Source: Octopus sinensis (lineage: Eukaryota). Taken from it: 64,000 nt of DNA. The notes under the pieces were generated by a model. The model saw only the letters and a program-made list of their open reading frames with translations, was not told the DNA's origin and made no database searches. Location: positions 43,214,001 through 43,278,000 of the forward strand of contig NC_043001.1 of NCBI RefSeq assembly GCF_006345805.1, given 5' to 3'. Position 1 is the stretch's first letter. Each line of letters begins with the position of its first letter. Shown here piece by piece: positions 52,687-63,132 of this stretch. A program made the translations under genes and the position numbers.

Positions 52687-55189
52687 GTGTTTTTCTCTAG
52701 AGAGAAAAAGAGGTAGAGGTACGAGAGATAGAGACATAGAGAGAGAGGCATATAGACAGAGAGAAGGCAGAGGTCTGACAGCAACTTCAAAGGAATAACT
52801 GTAATGTATAAACTTTGAGGTGGATTCATGTATTTTTTCACTCTGTATAATGCATTATGGTGAAATAGACAGTACATGAATTGCTAAAAATAGGAGCCAA
52901 TACATCACCAAATCAGCCCTCTCCATTCTGTTTTCGGAAGATAAGTGCACAGTTATCTGCAGAATCATCAAATTAATTTAAATGAAAGGAAAAACCTGAA
53001 ATATTATCAATTTTGTTTAGTGTTTTCAGTAGTCAACATACAAACAAACAAACTTTGCTTTTTATAAGGATAATAGATTATTCACACACATATACACACC
53101 CACACACATACACACTTATTAATATGCAAATGTTTTTTTTTTTTGCAGAACACTGAAGAAATATCATCGCAGATTGGATCATGAGGCCCTTAGACGTCGA
53201 TCATTAAAATCTCTGTATCGTAAGAAAGGCAAAGTATCTGGTGGAAATGAATGGGTGTGTACACATTGTGACCTGACATTTGACAATTCAAACTTGCTGA
53301 ACTTACACACACTCACCCATGCTGCTGAAGATGTTGGCTTAGATGAAGTGAAAAGGCTTGCTTGTGATCCCAATGAAGCAAAACCAGTGCTAGCAAATGC
53401 CAGCCAACTACAACAGATTACCAATGGTGATGCCAGCAATGAAGTTGCTTCTTTGGAAGAGTCTGATAGTGTCATTACTTTAGACTCAGATGTTTTGGCA
53501 TGTCCAGTATGTTTTTTATCCTTCCAAAAACAACAAGACCTTATAGAACATGCTAGTGTACATGGCAAAACTAAACGCAAGATGTTGCACAATCCTCAAC
53601 GACCACATAAATGTCAGAAATGTTGGAAAGCTTTTAGTAACTATGAACGCCTTCAGAAACACCTTTTGTGTCATGGTGATGAGAATTCTAAACCACTTCA
53701 ATGTCAAGTGTGTTTTAAGCGCTTCATGAATAACTCTGCATTGTCCTGCCACATGAAGACACATAGTGATAAAAAATATTATGAGTGTCCACTCTGTCAT
53801 TCAGACTTTGACCAAGTAGGTTCATTAAAGAGTCATGTGACTGAACATGAAGATGCCAATGGTAAATATAACTGTCCCATATGTACCCGGGTATTTGATG
53901 AATTTGTTACTATTCGAAAGCACATGCGTGCATTCCATTCAGCAATAAAATATCCCTGCCCTGAATGTGATAAGCTATTTCCACGGCCGGATAAGCTGAA
54001 ATTGCACATGTTACGACATTCCTCTCACCGGGAGTTTATGTGTGAAAGCTGTGGTCGCCAGTTCAAGAGAAAGGACAAATTAAAAGAACATATGAAAAGG
54101 ATGCATTCAGAAGAGCGTGAAGCACGATTAGCAAACAAGGAAGAAAAACCAGTCAACCATAAAAAATTCATCCCCAAAGTATCACCTAATGATTATCACC
54201 GTTTTATATACAAATGTCACACATGTCTCCTTGGTTTCAAACGGCGGGGTATGCTGGTTAACCATTTGGCCAAAAGACATCCTGACATAAAACCAGATAC
54301 TGTGCCTGAATTGAAGCTTCCTATATTGAAAACTCAGAGAGATTATTATTGTCAGTACTGTGAAAAAGTCTACAAATCCAGCTCAAAGCGAAAAGCTCAT
54401 ATATTAAAGAACCATCCTGGATCTGAACTACCAATGAGCAGTCGGAAGAAGTCCCAAATCCATGAAGTTCCAGGTCATCCAAACCCAACATACTCCCAAA
54501 TGGTGGGGAGTATTACCACAATGCCACATCAGTGTGATTTCTGTCACAAGCAGTATGCCAGCAAGGCAAAGTTGATGCAACATCACAGGAAAAAGCATCC
54601 TGAAATGTCACCTCCACAATCATCTGTCAAACGAGTGAAAGAAGAACACACAGCTGCAATGTTGTCTGACAATTCCCATGGTGTTACTGAGGAGGAATTT
54701 ATAGCTGAGGTGCATGGTCCCGTTTCAACACAAGCTATCTCTGACCAATATCAACAGGCTGATCTCCTCACCCAAGCTATGACTGAGCTGACACAAACGT
54801 TATCTCATGATTACCAGCCTTCAGGAGAATACTCAGTGGCTAGAGTTACTAATACAGCTAACCCTACAGGCCATACAGCAATGGTTCAAATTCAACCAGC
54901 ACAAATTGGCACAGTGTCCGTTGTTGGTGGTCAGCCAACAACAACAATTGAACTCAGTCACCTTGGACAGAATCTGGTGCATACTCAACTGGCAGCTGCT
55001 GCAGCTGCCAATCAACAACAACAGACTGTACAAACTATTGCTTCACTTCCTGCTGCAGATACTGGTCAAACACTGACCACTTCTCACCAAGCCATAAGTT
55101 CTTCATTGACTACATCTCCTGTTTCTGTCAGTATGACTAATGCAACTTTGGCTCTGGCTAGGACTTGGAATAACTTCAACTTTAATTGA
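33555..55189 (+). CDS. PRDM10: PR domain zinc finger protein 10, whole model: join(33555-34073,34274-34420,34935-35016,37664-38008,39369-39784,40657-40759,40846-40986,42425-42537,43546-43725,46444-46516,48891-49117,51115-51179,53149-55189), ~1483 aa
   Basis: All 12 introns are GT-AG with matching phases. Zn-knuckle [17 protein letters not shown] and PR domain GVFAKRPI...QFGPF...[10 protein letters not shown]...EQNLVAYQ...ELKVWYA. 12 C2H2 fingers, including the PRDM10-type [41 protein letters not shown] and [17 protein letters not shown]. Confidence 0.93.
34274..34420 (+). CDS. PRDM10: PRDM10 coding exon 2
   Basis: ttgcag|ACT...GTG|gtttgt, phase 0-0, open frame. Confidence 0.7.
34935..35016 (+). 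CDS. PRDM10: PRDM10 coding exon 3
   Basis: ttacag|AGT...CAAG|gtgaac, phase 0-1; required to connect the frames. Confidence 0.75.
35490..35777 (-). mobile_element. tRNA-SINE family C (with an older inverted copy at ~35285-35455)
   Basis: Head on -: tggatgcgcaatggcccagtggttagggcagc...ggtttcgattcccagacc (A/B boxes). Core gcgatggactgatgtcccgtccag resembles the V-SINE domain. Confidence 0.75.
35845..37133 (+). mobile_element. Tc1-family IR/DR transposon, internally deleted
   Basis: TA|CAGT start. ~215-bp inverted repeats (35845-36060 and 36936-37133), each with two gtatgtacacccta DRs. MAPKGKE start at 36225 fused to GSVMLWGCM; FQHVNDPK and [11 protein letters not shown] present. Confidence 0.88.
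36701..36922. mobile_element. pogo/Tigger-like MITE nested in the Tc1 element
   Basis: Right end gcgagggattactg|TA; left end TA|aaataatccct (2 mismatches to cagtaatccct). Confidence 0.65.
37664..38008 (+). CDS. PRDM10: PRDM10 coding exon 4
   Basis: ttttcag|TTG...TCAA|gtaagt, phase 1-1. Confidence 0.8.
38049..38355 (-). mobile_element. RTE 3'UTR fragment
   Basis: (cat)n tail plus sequence close to 3914-4200. Confidence 0.85.
39369..39784 (+). CDS. PRDM10: PRDM10 coding exon 5 (S/N/G-rich ~10-aa repeats)
   Basis: tttcag|GTG...CAA|gtaagt, phase 1-0. Confidence 0.8.
40657..40759 (+). CDS. PRDM10: PRDM10 coding exon 6
   Basis: ttgaag|TTG...CTTT|gtaagc, phase 0-1; ends AYNPDEL just before the knuckle. 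Confidence 0.85.
40846..40986 (+). CDS. PRDM10: PRDM10 coding exon 7 (PR zinc knuckle)
   Basis: [35 protein letters not shown]; phase 1-1. Confidence 0.92.
41785..42010 (-). mobile_element. tRNA-SINE family B
   Basis: Core gcctttcatcctttcggggtcgataaattaagtaccag on -, resembling the MetaSINE central domain. Matches 51662-51891. Confidence 0.85.
42425..42537 (+). CDS. PRDM10: PRDM10 coding exon 8 (PR/SET N-part)
   Basis: [22 protein letters not shown]...; ctag| and |gtcagt; phase 1-0. Confidence 0.92.
42825..43230 (-). mobile_element. tRNA-SINE family A, full length, young
   Basis: Complete head (aggcgcaggagtggctgtgtggtaag), CpGs retained, (agagtaaa)n tail. Confidence 0.92.
43546..43725 (+). 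CDS. PRDM10: PRDM10 coding exon 9 (PR/SET core)
   Basis: [22 protein letters not shown]...PRQELK; tgcag| and |gtaagt; phase 0-0. Confidence 0.95.
43799..45170. mobile_element. Two adjacent RTE 3' fragments in opposite orientation (+ 43799-44320; - 44390-45170)
   Basis: Both match the LINE 4200-4960 region ([16 protein letters not shown]). Confidence 0.85.
46444..46516 (+). CDS. PRDM10: PRDM10 coding exon 10 (PR/SET end)
   Basis: [12 protein letters not shown]...; tttag| and G|gttatt; phase 0-1. Confidence 0.92.
48007..48231. mobile_element. hAT (Charlie-like) MITE, old; related copy at ~12995-13310
   Basis: Ends cagtggttt... and ...aaaccactg. Degenerate 8-bp TSD ccacagag/ccataaaa. Confidence 0.55.
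48588..48807. mobile_element. piggyBac-type MITE
   Basis: TIR ccctttagcatt / aatgctaaaggg, flanked by gtaa and ttaa. Confidence 0.75.
48891..49117 (+). CDS. PRDM10: PRDM10 coding exon 11 (first C2H2 finger)
   Basis: [25 protein letters not shown]; gacag| and GTG|gtaaat; phase 1-0. Confidence 0.92.
49518..50807 (+). mobile_element. Full-length (1290 bp) mariner transposon with inactivated DD34D transposase
   Basis: 27-bp perfect TIR tcaggtcatcccataagttctgtccga; TA on the left, CA on the right. [18 protein letters not shown] and [11 protein letters not shown] motifs; stops and frameshifts. Confidence 0.95.
51115..51179 (+). CDS. PRDM10: PRDM10 coding exon 12
   Basis: tttcaag|TCT...AACAA|gtaagt; phase 0-2 exactly bridges exon 11 to the final exon. 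Confidence 0.82.
51662..51891 (-). mobile_element. tRNA-SINE family B, full length with TSD
   Basis: 9-bp TSD taaaatacc at 51653-51661 and 51892-51900. Confidence 0.9.
53149..55189 (+). CDS. PRDM10: PRDM10 terminal coding exon (11 C2H2 fingers plus Q/T-rich tail)
   Basis: (T)n-GCAG acceptor at 53148, phase 2; 2-kb open frame to TGA. Confidence 0.96.
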
Positions 55190-56629
55190 GCCAGTCAGAC
55201 AGTTTGTCAAAATGATAGTGGGGCACTTTCTTTTCTCTTTGAAAAAATTCCCTATCTGCAAGTTTATTGAGTGTCTGTTTAAATATTTATCTGTATGCTA
55301 CTGATCTGAGTCTTACTAATATTCTATCTGGCTGTTTTGTGGGATTGTTTTAGCTCTGCATCTATGCGTTTTGTATTTCTGACAGATGTTGTATATCTGT
55401 CCAAATGTCTTGTTGAAACCAGTAGTTTTGTTTATGTTGCTTCATGACCAAAACGACTGCCCTTCTTCCATCCTTTTCTCTGTTTCTTAATGTGTCTGTT
55501 TGTCTCTAACATTCTCTCTCCCATACACCTCTCTCTCTCTCTCACTCTTTTGCGTACTTGTCTATTCCTTATTCTATTACTCTCACCGTTTTGTTGATGT
55601 TTAACTTTTTCTTTCACAAACATGCACACATACATATACAGATTCTCATCTCTCTGTTAGACATGTATACATTCACACACACACTCATTCACAGTTCTGT
55701 ACTTCTGCTTTTCTATTGTTTTTACTCACTAGACCTTAAGCATTATTGCCAAGCTGTCATATGTTCTATGAATATTATTACTAGCTATAAGCCTACCATG
55801 GTTTGATGCTCTAGCTTCTCAACTAATATAAGAAAAAAATGAAGACCTCTGAGGGAAAAATCAATATTAAAAGGAAGATAAGAAAAAGTAAATTTGCAGA
55901 CCAGATGCCTATTGTGTATTTAGCTTTGTTCCTCTATATTCTGAATTCAGAACTCACAAGTATTTTCTTTGTCTTTCATCCCTCCAGAGTGTACAAAATG
56001 AATATCAGGCATGAGCTGGGATTGGTTCAATTTACTACATTCTTCCTCTACAAACTTGTGATTTTGTGCCAGTAGAAATTATTAATGAGGTTGTGACAAA
56101 TGCTATAGAGCAAACTCCATGTAAGCCAAGGCTAAAACCTGGTTTCAGTTTCCAGTTGAAGCTGATTACTCTTCTTATATCATAATTGTCTTTGATAAAG
56201 ACATGCAGTACACAGTTTTGCATTTTCTCCCCACTATAAAATAAAGCCTTGTGCTTATATAAGAACTCATTTTAATTTTATATATAAGGGGATGATGGGC
56301 AGTAAAATTAGAAGAGCATAACCAAAATGCTTTGAGGTAATTTAACAATGTCCCTTTACACTCAAATCATACTGGAGTCACCTTTACCTTCTATCCTTCC
56401 ATTGTTGATAAAATTAGTTCAGAAATTAATGTAATTGATTGAGCCCTAACATAATTAGTGGCCTTGTACCATTGTTTGTAATCAATATTATTAGAACTTT
56501 ACTAAAAATGAGCCATGCAGTAGAGGTAATTCTACCTGTGATTTAAGTTCATAATTTGATATCAGTATTTAGATACAGCCAGTTCCTGTTGTAAATGCTA
56601 TTGAGGAAAGTGGAAATGTTAGTACTTTT

Positions 56630-56787
56630 ACCCCCACTACACTCTCAGAGTGGTTGGCATTAGGAAGGGCATCCAGCTGTAGAAGCTCTGCCAGATTAAG
56701 ATTGAAGCCTGGTGCAGCCATCTGGTTCGCCAGCCTTCAGTCATTCGTCCAACCCATGCTAGCATGGAAAGCGGACATTAAACGATG

Positions 56788-56790
<3 letters not shown>
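56630..56790 (+). mobile_element. RTE 3'UTR fragment in the probable PRDM10 3'UTR
   Basis: gagtggttggcattaggaagggcatccagc...aacccatgctagcatggaaagcggacattaaacgatgat. Confidence 0.85.
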
Positions 56791-56837
<47 letters not shown>

Positions 56838-58920
56838 GTATTTCAGTTCACCTTGCTCTTGGCAACAGGCACCAGATCTTTTGCGAAAATCGCTTATGTT
56901 AAAACTGATATTTTATCCAGGTAATTGATTATATTTTCCTCTACTTATCACAGTTTTCCAGATATCAAGTTAATAAACTTGTTGAGACATGTGGAGATGT
57001 TAAGTATTCATTTACTGCAACTACTAATACAAATATTGGAAGTGAAATGTCCGAATGGATAAAGTATTAGACTCCCAGCATGTAGGTAATGAGTTTATGC
57101 CTGCCACAAATGTATTGTTTCTCTAGGTAGTACTCTTAATTCAACTTGCCTCAATTCATGAGGTTATTGGGAATGAGTATCAGATCTTTTGAAAATTTCA
57201 CTCATGATATAAACTGACATCCCTTCTAAGAATAGGTTCTTTTCATCTACATTACACAAAAGAAATTGGAGCTATACACCATCTTTCTAAGCCCCTTGAA
57301 GCTCAGGGATACATTGTTTTACTACTATTGTTACTACTCTTACAGATTTCTTCTTGTTGCTTTAAGTATTTTTATTCATTTATGTCAAAGTTATCATCAT
57401 TGTTGCTAACACAAGTACTTAATTAATTATTTATGTGCCCTCTGAATTTGGTAGTCACTCAATTTGTGTTACTAATATCTAGTTTAGTGCATCATCTTTC
57501 TGAAATCAGCTGTTGTCTTCGCTGATTTTTATTTTCCATGCCTGGTTAGCTATCAACACCATTAATAAACAGTTTACTTTGATTGATTATGTACAACTTT
57601 ACCTTCAAAGAATTTGGCCTCTTAAGGCTTATTAAAGAAGTATAAGTATTGGTTTATTCCCAAGATATGAGCATATATTTGTTGAACATGCTGCATTGTA
57701 TAGAATAAGACACTGCATTCCACCTAAGCTTCATCTTGTAATGAAAAATCTTTATCGTTTATTTACATCATTATGCAGAGGTAAAGTGGTAAAAGAATAA
57801 AATATCAAAGTACATGTTTGTGTGTTGATATATTACCTATTTATTCTACATTACCTCAGCTCTCATGCCTGAGCATACAGATACCAGGTTTGTTTTAAGA
57901 ATAGTTATTCATGACTGTGAATTCCCAGTTGGTATCAGAAGATTTGTTTGTCATCTATTTAATGCTACAGGAACATTAGGTAAGCATTTGTTCTGTAGAC
58001 TCAGATGTAGTCTCAGTTTCATGCACTATGTTTGATGATTTAGGCACAAACAGACCATGATGGAAAATGGCTTGTGTACAATAAATGACTTTATCCTCAC
58101 TGCTTCTCACATTAGAAATGAAAAACAAGCAATATGCCTGGTGCAAGATAGCTTACCATGTTGTTTTCAAGTTTATTTAATATAACTATTGTTGAGAGCA
58201 GTAACTATGGCTGTGATGATAGGATATCAGATGGATATTTTACTGTAGCTTATTCAGTTCACTATACTGTACATAGAAAGTTTTACTTATGTCAAGCCCA
58301 AAGAAATCAGTAACTACTCAGCCCACATTTTATATGATTATACTATTTAATAATTTTATTAATAATTACAACTACTGTTACTGCTAGTTTTTTTGTTTTT
58401 TTTTGTTTTTAAACTTAGTAATGCTTCTAGTGTTGTTATTAGCATAGCAGTTTCTGATATTGTGTTGCTTTACATAATTCCATTACTTTTTCTTTTTTTT
58501 TCTAACCAAGATAACATTGGTCTTGTCATGTGTGTCATGTAAAACTACTGCAATCAATGAACAATGTGCAATACTTGTGTCCACAACCACTTTTATATAT
58601 AATTTATACATATATATATATTCACAAACATAAAACCAAAATACATATTTGTTTTCTACATGTACATAGAGACATACTATCTATTATATATTTATATTGA
58701 TGTACAAGACACATTTCTATTACAATCCCTCCTTTTACACAGGTGATCAAAACAGTTAAGATTGTTAACCTTTGTTTTCTTGAAGAGTGAGACTGAAATG
58801 TGCCACCCCCACCGTCATCACCACAATGGTGATAATTCTTTTTTGTGTACCTACTCAGTATTTATAATTGCCTTTCTCTGCTAATCATAGAGAAAAATGG
58901 AAGATTAAAAGATCACTTTG

Positions 58921-58930
58921 AATAAATAAA
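58921..58930 (+). terminator. Candidate PRDM10 polyadenylation signal (proximal alternative at 56240-56245)
   Basis: Overlapping AATAAATAAA followed by T/GT-rich sequence. AATAAA is common in this AT-rich DNA. Confidence 0.4.
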
Positions 58931-59362
58931 GTTCTATGTTCTTTATCATTTTTAAATAGGCTTTGTTTTGAATTATTAAATTTGTGATATAATGCTAAGC
59001 AATATGAAAAGGATGCATTCAGAAGAGCATGAAGCACAGTTAGCCAACAAGGAAGGAAAACCAGTCAACCATAAAAAAATATATCCTATGAATTGACAGT
59101 ATGAATTTGTGGATTTCTGGTTGAAGATTATTCACTTCACTCCCACTACCAGTTCCCAAAAGAAAACTGTAAATATCACTGCCTTTCAATCCTTTGTAAA
59201 TTTGTGGCTGTGTTCTTAAGTTAAGAAATCCATAATTAAGTTTCTAAGATTACTTGTTTAGCATTATTATCTAGTAATGATGTTGATGTGAACTGTGAAG
59301 ATGTGTTTTCTGAAAGCTATGATGAAACAAAGTTGGGTTGGGGATGCACCCTTGTGTAGGTG

Positions 59363-59892
59363 TGTCACAAATATCCAGCAGGTTTATTAGAAAATAAATA
59401 TTAGTGGTGGAAGCAGAATTAGTGCTGAAGGGCAATCTTTATATCCAACTTAATGTGGATGTATTTTTAGAATGCCAAATACTGTGTTATTTGTTCTGCG
59501 AGGTCCTCTCCTTTAGACTCACAGTGCTTAAAAGCACAGCACGTAAAAAACACCATTTCGAACGTGGCCGTTGCCAGTACCGCCAGACTGGCACATAAAA
59601 GCACCCACTACACTCTCGCAGTGGTTGGTGTTAGGATGGGCATCCAGCTGTAGAAACTCTGCCAGATCAGATTGGAGCCTGGCGCAGCCATCTGGTTCGC
59701 CAGTCCTCAGTCAAATCATCCAACCCATGCTAGCATGGAAAGCGGACATTAAATGATGATGATGATATATTGTAGCATACAAAAAAAATCATCAGACATG
59801 GGTGCCAGAGGACATAAAGATCGCTTTTGGTATTAATACTGCTTCTGTTGCTAATATTTATTTTCTAATAAACCTGCTGGCTATATGTGACA
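59363..59892. mobile_element. Element with ~80-90-bp imperfect TIRs and a nested RTE 3' fragment (59530-59766)
   Basis: tgtcacaaatatccagcaggtttattagaaaataaatattag versus ctaatatttattttctaataaacctgctggctatatgtgaca. No clear TSD. Confidence 0.65.
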
Positions 59893-61419
59893 TCAGTATC
59901 TGAAAAGACACTGTTATTCTATATATCATTGGCAGTGAGATTTGGCTGCTGTGCAGTGACTGGGCACCTACCACTGAGGAAGCGCACTATGCTGAAATCA
60001 CATGATCTGGTAGTTTTGGCACCTATATTACATGATTCTTGCCTACTACAATATATGCACATGCTTTTACATATTGTGCATCTGTATAAGAGGATGGATA
60101 AGGCTGCATTTGGCATTCTAGAAAAAAATTAAATTCAAAATTTCTAAAATTCAGCACAGGCATAGCTGTGTAGTAAGAAGCTTGTTTCCCAACCACATGT
60201 TTCCAGGTTCAGTCCCACTGTGTGGCACCTTGGGCAAGTGTATTCTGCTATAGCCTCGGGCTGACCAAAGCCTTCTGAGTGGATTTGGTAGATGGAAACT
60301 GAAAGAAGCCCATCGTATTTATGTATGTGTTTGTCCCCCCCCCCCACCATTGCTTGACAATCGATGTTGGTGTGTTTACATCCTTGCACAAGAGTTAGTT
60401 CAAAAGTCTACATGGAGTGTGGCTTTTAAGCTAGTCATTTATATTTCTTTTTATTTGTACATAATAGCTTAAGCACTTACATATCTCTGGATTCAGTGAA
60501 AGTTGGACATAAAAAAAATTAAAACATCATTTTGAAACACCAACTATGTAATAGATAATAGGGAAGTAGATGAAACTTATCTGATACATTGAAAAGTAAG
60601 TATGGATAAGTACGTAGTGAGAGAAAAATATAATTATTCAAGTACTAATATTATTTTCCCCCCATTTTCCTGGCAAATAGAGGGAAATTTTATCTTCTAT
60701 CTTTTTCCTATTACTTGCTTCAGTCATTGGACTGCGGCCATGCTGAGGCACCACCTAGAAGGGTTTAGAGGAACAAATCAACTCCTGTATTTAGTTTTTA
60801 AAAGCCTGATACATATTCTATCGGTCCCTTTTGCCAAGCTGTTACGTTACCAGGACGTAAACAAACCAACACTGGTTGTCAAGCGGTGGTGGGAGATAAA
60901 CACACACACACACACCAGTGACGGATGCTGGGGGTGTTGCCCCAGTTTCCCAAGCAACAACCTTTCTAGCTGTGCCAACACCAAAAACTCAGGACCAAGG
61001 TTTAAGAAAGATTAAATTTTGAAAATACAAGCTTGAACTTTAATGATGGTTTTGTTATTTTCATTAACTTGGATTATAAAGTGACCTTGTTATTAAGTTA
61101 TGATACACAAGTGTAGTTTGCTACTACTTTCCATAGGTAAATCAATACTCACTGCGCTTATATCACGGCAAGTATAACTATTTCTTTACTACCCACAAGG
61201 GGCCAAACACATTGTTATTTTATTTCCAGCAGTTTCACAACATTACTGCTTCATATACATATGGTCTGCTACAAGAAAGTTAGAATAAATAAAAATGTAT
61301 CCATTTGTTACGAATTGCGATTCAACCTTATATAGCAATTTTTTCGAAACTTTTGGGCAACACCAAAAAAAAAAAAAAATCCTGCATCTTTCTCCCTGCA
61401 CCGCACACACAAATAGATA

Positions 61420-61429
<10 letters not shown>

Positions 61430-61507
<78 letters not shown>

Positions 61508-61516
61508 ATATATATA
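61430..61516. repeat. (AT)n microsatellite
   Basis: Direct inspection. Confidence 0.95.
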
Positions 61517-61524
61517 CTTTTTTA

Positions 61525-61937
61525 TTCTTTTACTTGTTTCAGTCATTTGACTGCGGCTATGCTGGAGCACTGCCTTTAGTCGAGCAATCAGTCTCTTTTG
61601 CCGAACCGCTAAGTTACGGGGATGCAAACAAGCGATGTTGGGGGGGGGGGGTGCAAACACACACACATATATATATATATATATAAACATATATACGACG
61701 GGATTCTTTCAGTTTCCATCTACCAAATACACTCACAAGGCTTTGGTCGGCCCTAGGCTATAGTAGAAGACAAGGTGCCACGCAGTGGGACTGAACCCGG
61801 AACCATGTGGTTGAACTGTTGTCGTCGTTGTGAGGAAAAAAATATAGGTTTCCCTTTTTTCGGGATTCTATATTTCATTATTGTGTGAAAAAAATAAAAT
61901 AAACAAGCTACTTACCACACAGCCACTCCTGCGCCTA
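61525..61937 (-). mobile_element. tRNA-SINE family A with an insertion in the tRNA head
   Basis: Matches 42825-43230 except for small deletions and 90 foreign nt at 61814-61903. Confidence 0.88.
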
Positions 61938-61952
61938 TAAAAAACATGTGTG

Positions 61953-62062
61953 ACGCTTACAGCACCTAGGTTTCCCAAGCGGTCACCCATCTAATTACTA
62001 ACTAGGCTCGACGTTGCTTAACTTGCATGATCAGACGAGAACTGGTGCTTTCAACGTGATAT
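61953..62062 (-). pseudogene. 5S rRNA pseudogene (about 10 nt missing at the 5' end)
   Basis: Minus strand reads atatcacgttgaaagcaccagttctcgtctgatcatgcaagttaagcaacgtcgagcctagttagtaattagatgggtgaccgcttgggaaacctaggtgctgtaagc, an invertebrate 5S with box A and box C recognisable. Solitary copy. Confidence 0.9.
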
Positions 62063-62550
62063 ATATATTTATTTACATATCACATATTATTTCTTCAAAT
62101 AACATATTTAAGCGCTTTCAACCACTACTGTAGTTTTTATATACAACCATCCAGCATTCTGAACGCCTTTTTCTTTGATATGTATTAAATCTGTACATCG
62201 CTCCTAATACTTCTAATATATATTATACGACGGGTTTCTTTCAATTTCTGACTATTTTTATTTATTTTGTTTATTGCATTGATTTCTTACAAAGGCACAA
62301 ATTCTCGAATTTGCGGACAGGGTATGTACATCGACCTCTAGGTACAAAATATACTGATCCAGGGAAAATGTAAAGCAAAGTTGATCTCGGCTGGATTGGA
62401 ATTCCTTTTGAACTTTAATAACTGGAACTAAAGATCGTAAGATTCTAAATACCACCGCTCTAACGATTCTGCCAGTCCTGATTTCTGGCGTGTTCACAAT
62501 AGTTACATTATTACAGTAAGAGCAATTGAAATGAACACTACTAGAATGCG

Positions 62551-62592
62551 ATTGGCTAGTTTGGAATAAATAAACAACGTTGTCATCGCGAC
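62551..62592 (+). promoter_or_regulatory. TMEM218 promoter elements: reverse CCAAT box and RFX X-box
   Basis: attgg at 62551-55. gttgtcatcgcgac at 62579-62592 resembles GTTGCCATGGCAAC and lies 12 nt before the ATG of a ciliary gene. Confidence 0.6.
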
Positions 62593-62604
62593 GGGAAACC
62601 CACT

Positions 62605-62711
62605 ATGGGGCTGATATTTGGTGTTGGTGTTGGTATCGTCCTTTTGGCTTCTATGTGGATCCTATCATTAACCGTTTGTGTATTTACCTCTTATTCTACT
62701 GGAACAATCAG
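62605..62711 (+). CDS. TMEM218: Transmembrane protein 218 (ciliary transition zone), first coding exon; the gene continues beyond the window
   Basis: actATGG Kozak. MGLIFGVGVGIVLLASMWILSLTVCVFTSYSTGTIR aligns with human [37 protein letters not shown]. Donor CAG|GCAAGT (alternative CAA|GTACGA after 62715). Confidence 0.82.
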
Positions 62712-63132
62712 GCAAGTACGAATTTGAATATTTTATATATCCACATTCGCATAAATATATATATATAAATTGTTTGTCTTTTTGAAGTTTTAATTATAAT
62801 CTGATAAAACTTAATCAAATTTAGGCATGTTTATTTTTACATTCTAATTTTTCCTTTAATTTCAAATCAAAATTTGAATATATTTAACGATAAAGTTTAT
62901 CTACGAAACTTAAAATCCACAAGTTAAAATATGAAGTTTTTGTTAATGTACTTACGAAAAGCCCCTTTTAGCTAAATGCGTGGAATGTTTTTTTTTTAAG
63001 ATTGTGCTAGTAAAGTTTAAAGATTATCAAACAAGCAGATTTTACTCATATGAGAGAGTAAAGTCACGTGGAATTTTTTTAATTTAAGAAAAAGTATTTT
63101 GTTGGCAACAGACATTGAAATTAAGTGATGTC

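Noticed and set aside
33552-55033. Antisense ORFs over PRDM10 exons (33552, 34241, 37620, 39391, 53179, 53516, 54833)
   Set aside because: Shadow ORFs of the real coding strand.
62258-62768. ORFs 62258-62497 (-) and 62580-62768 (+)
   Set aside because: The first is an old family-B SINE. The second is the wrong frame over the TMEM218 exon.
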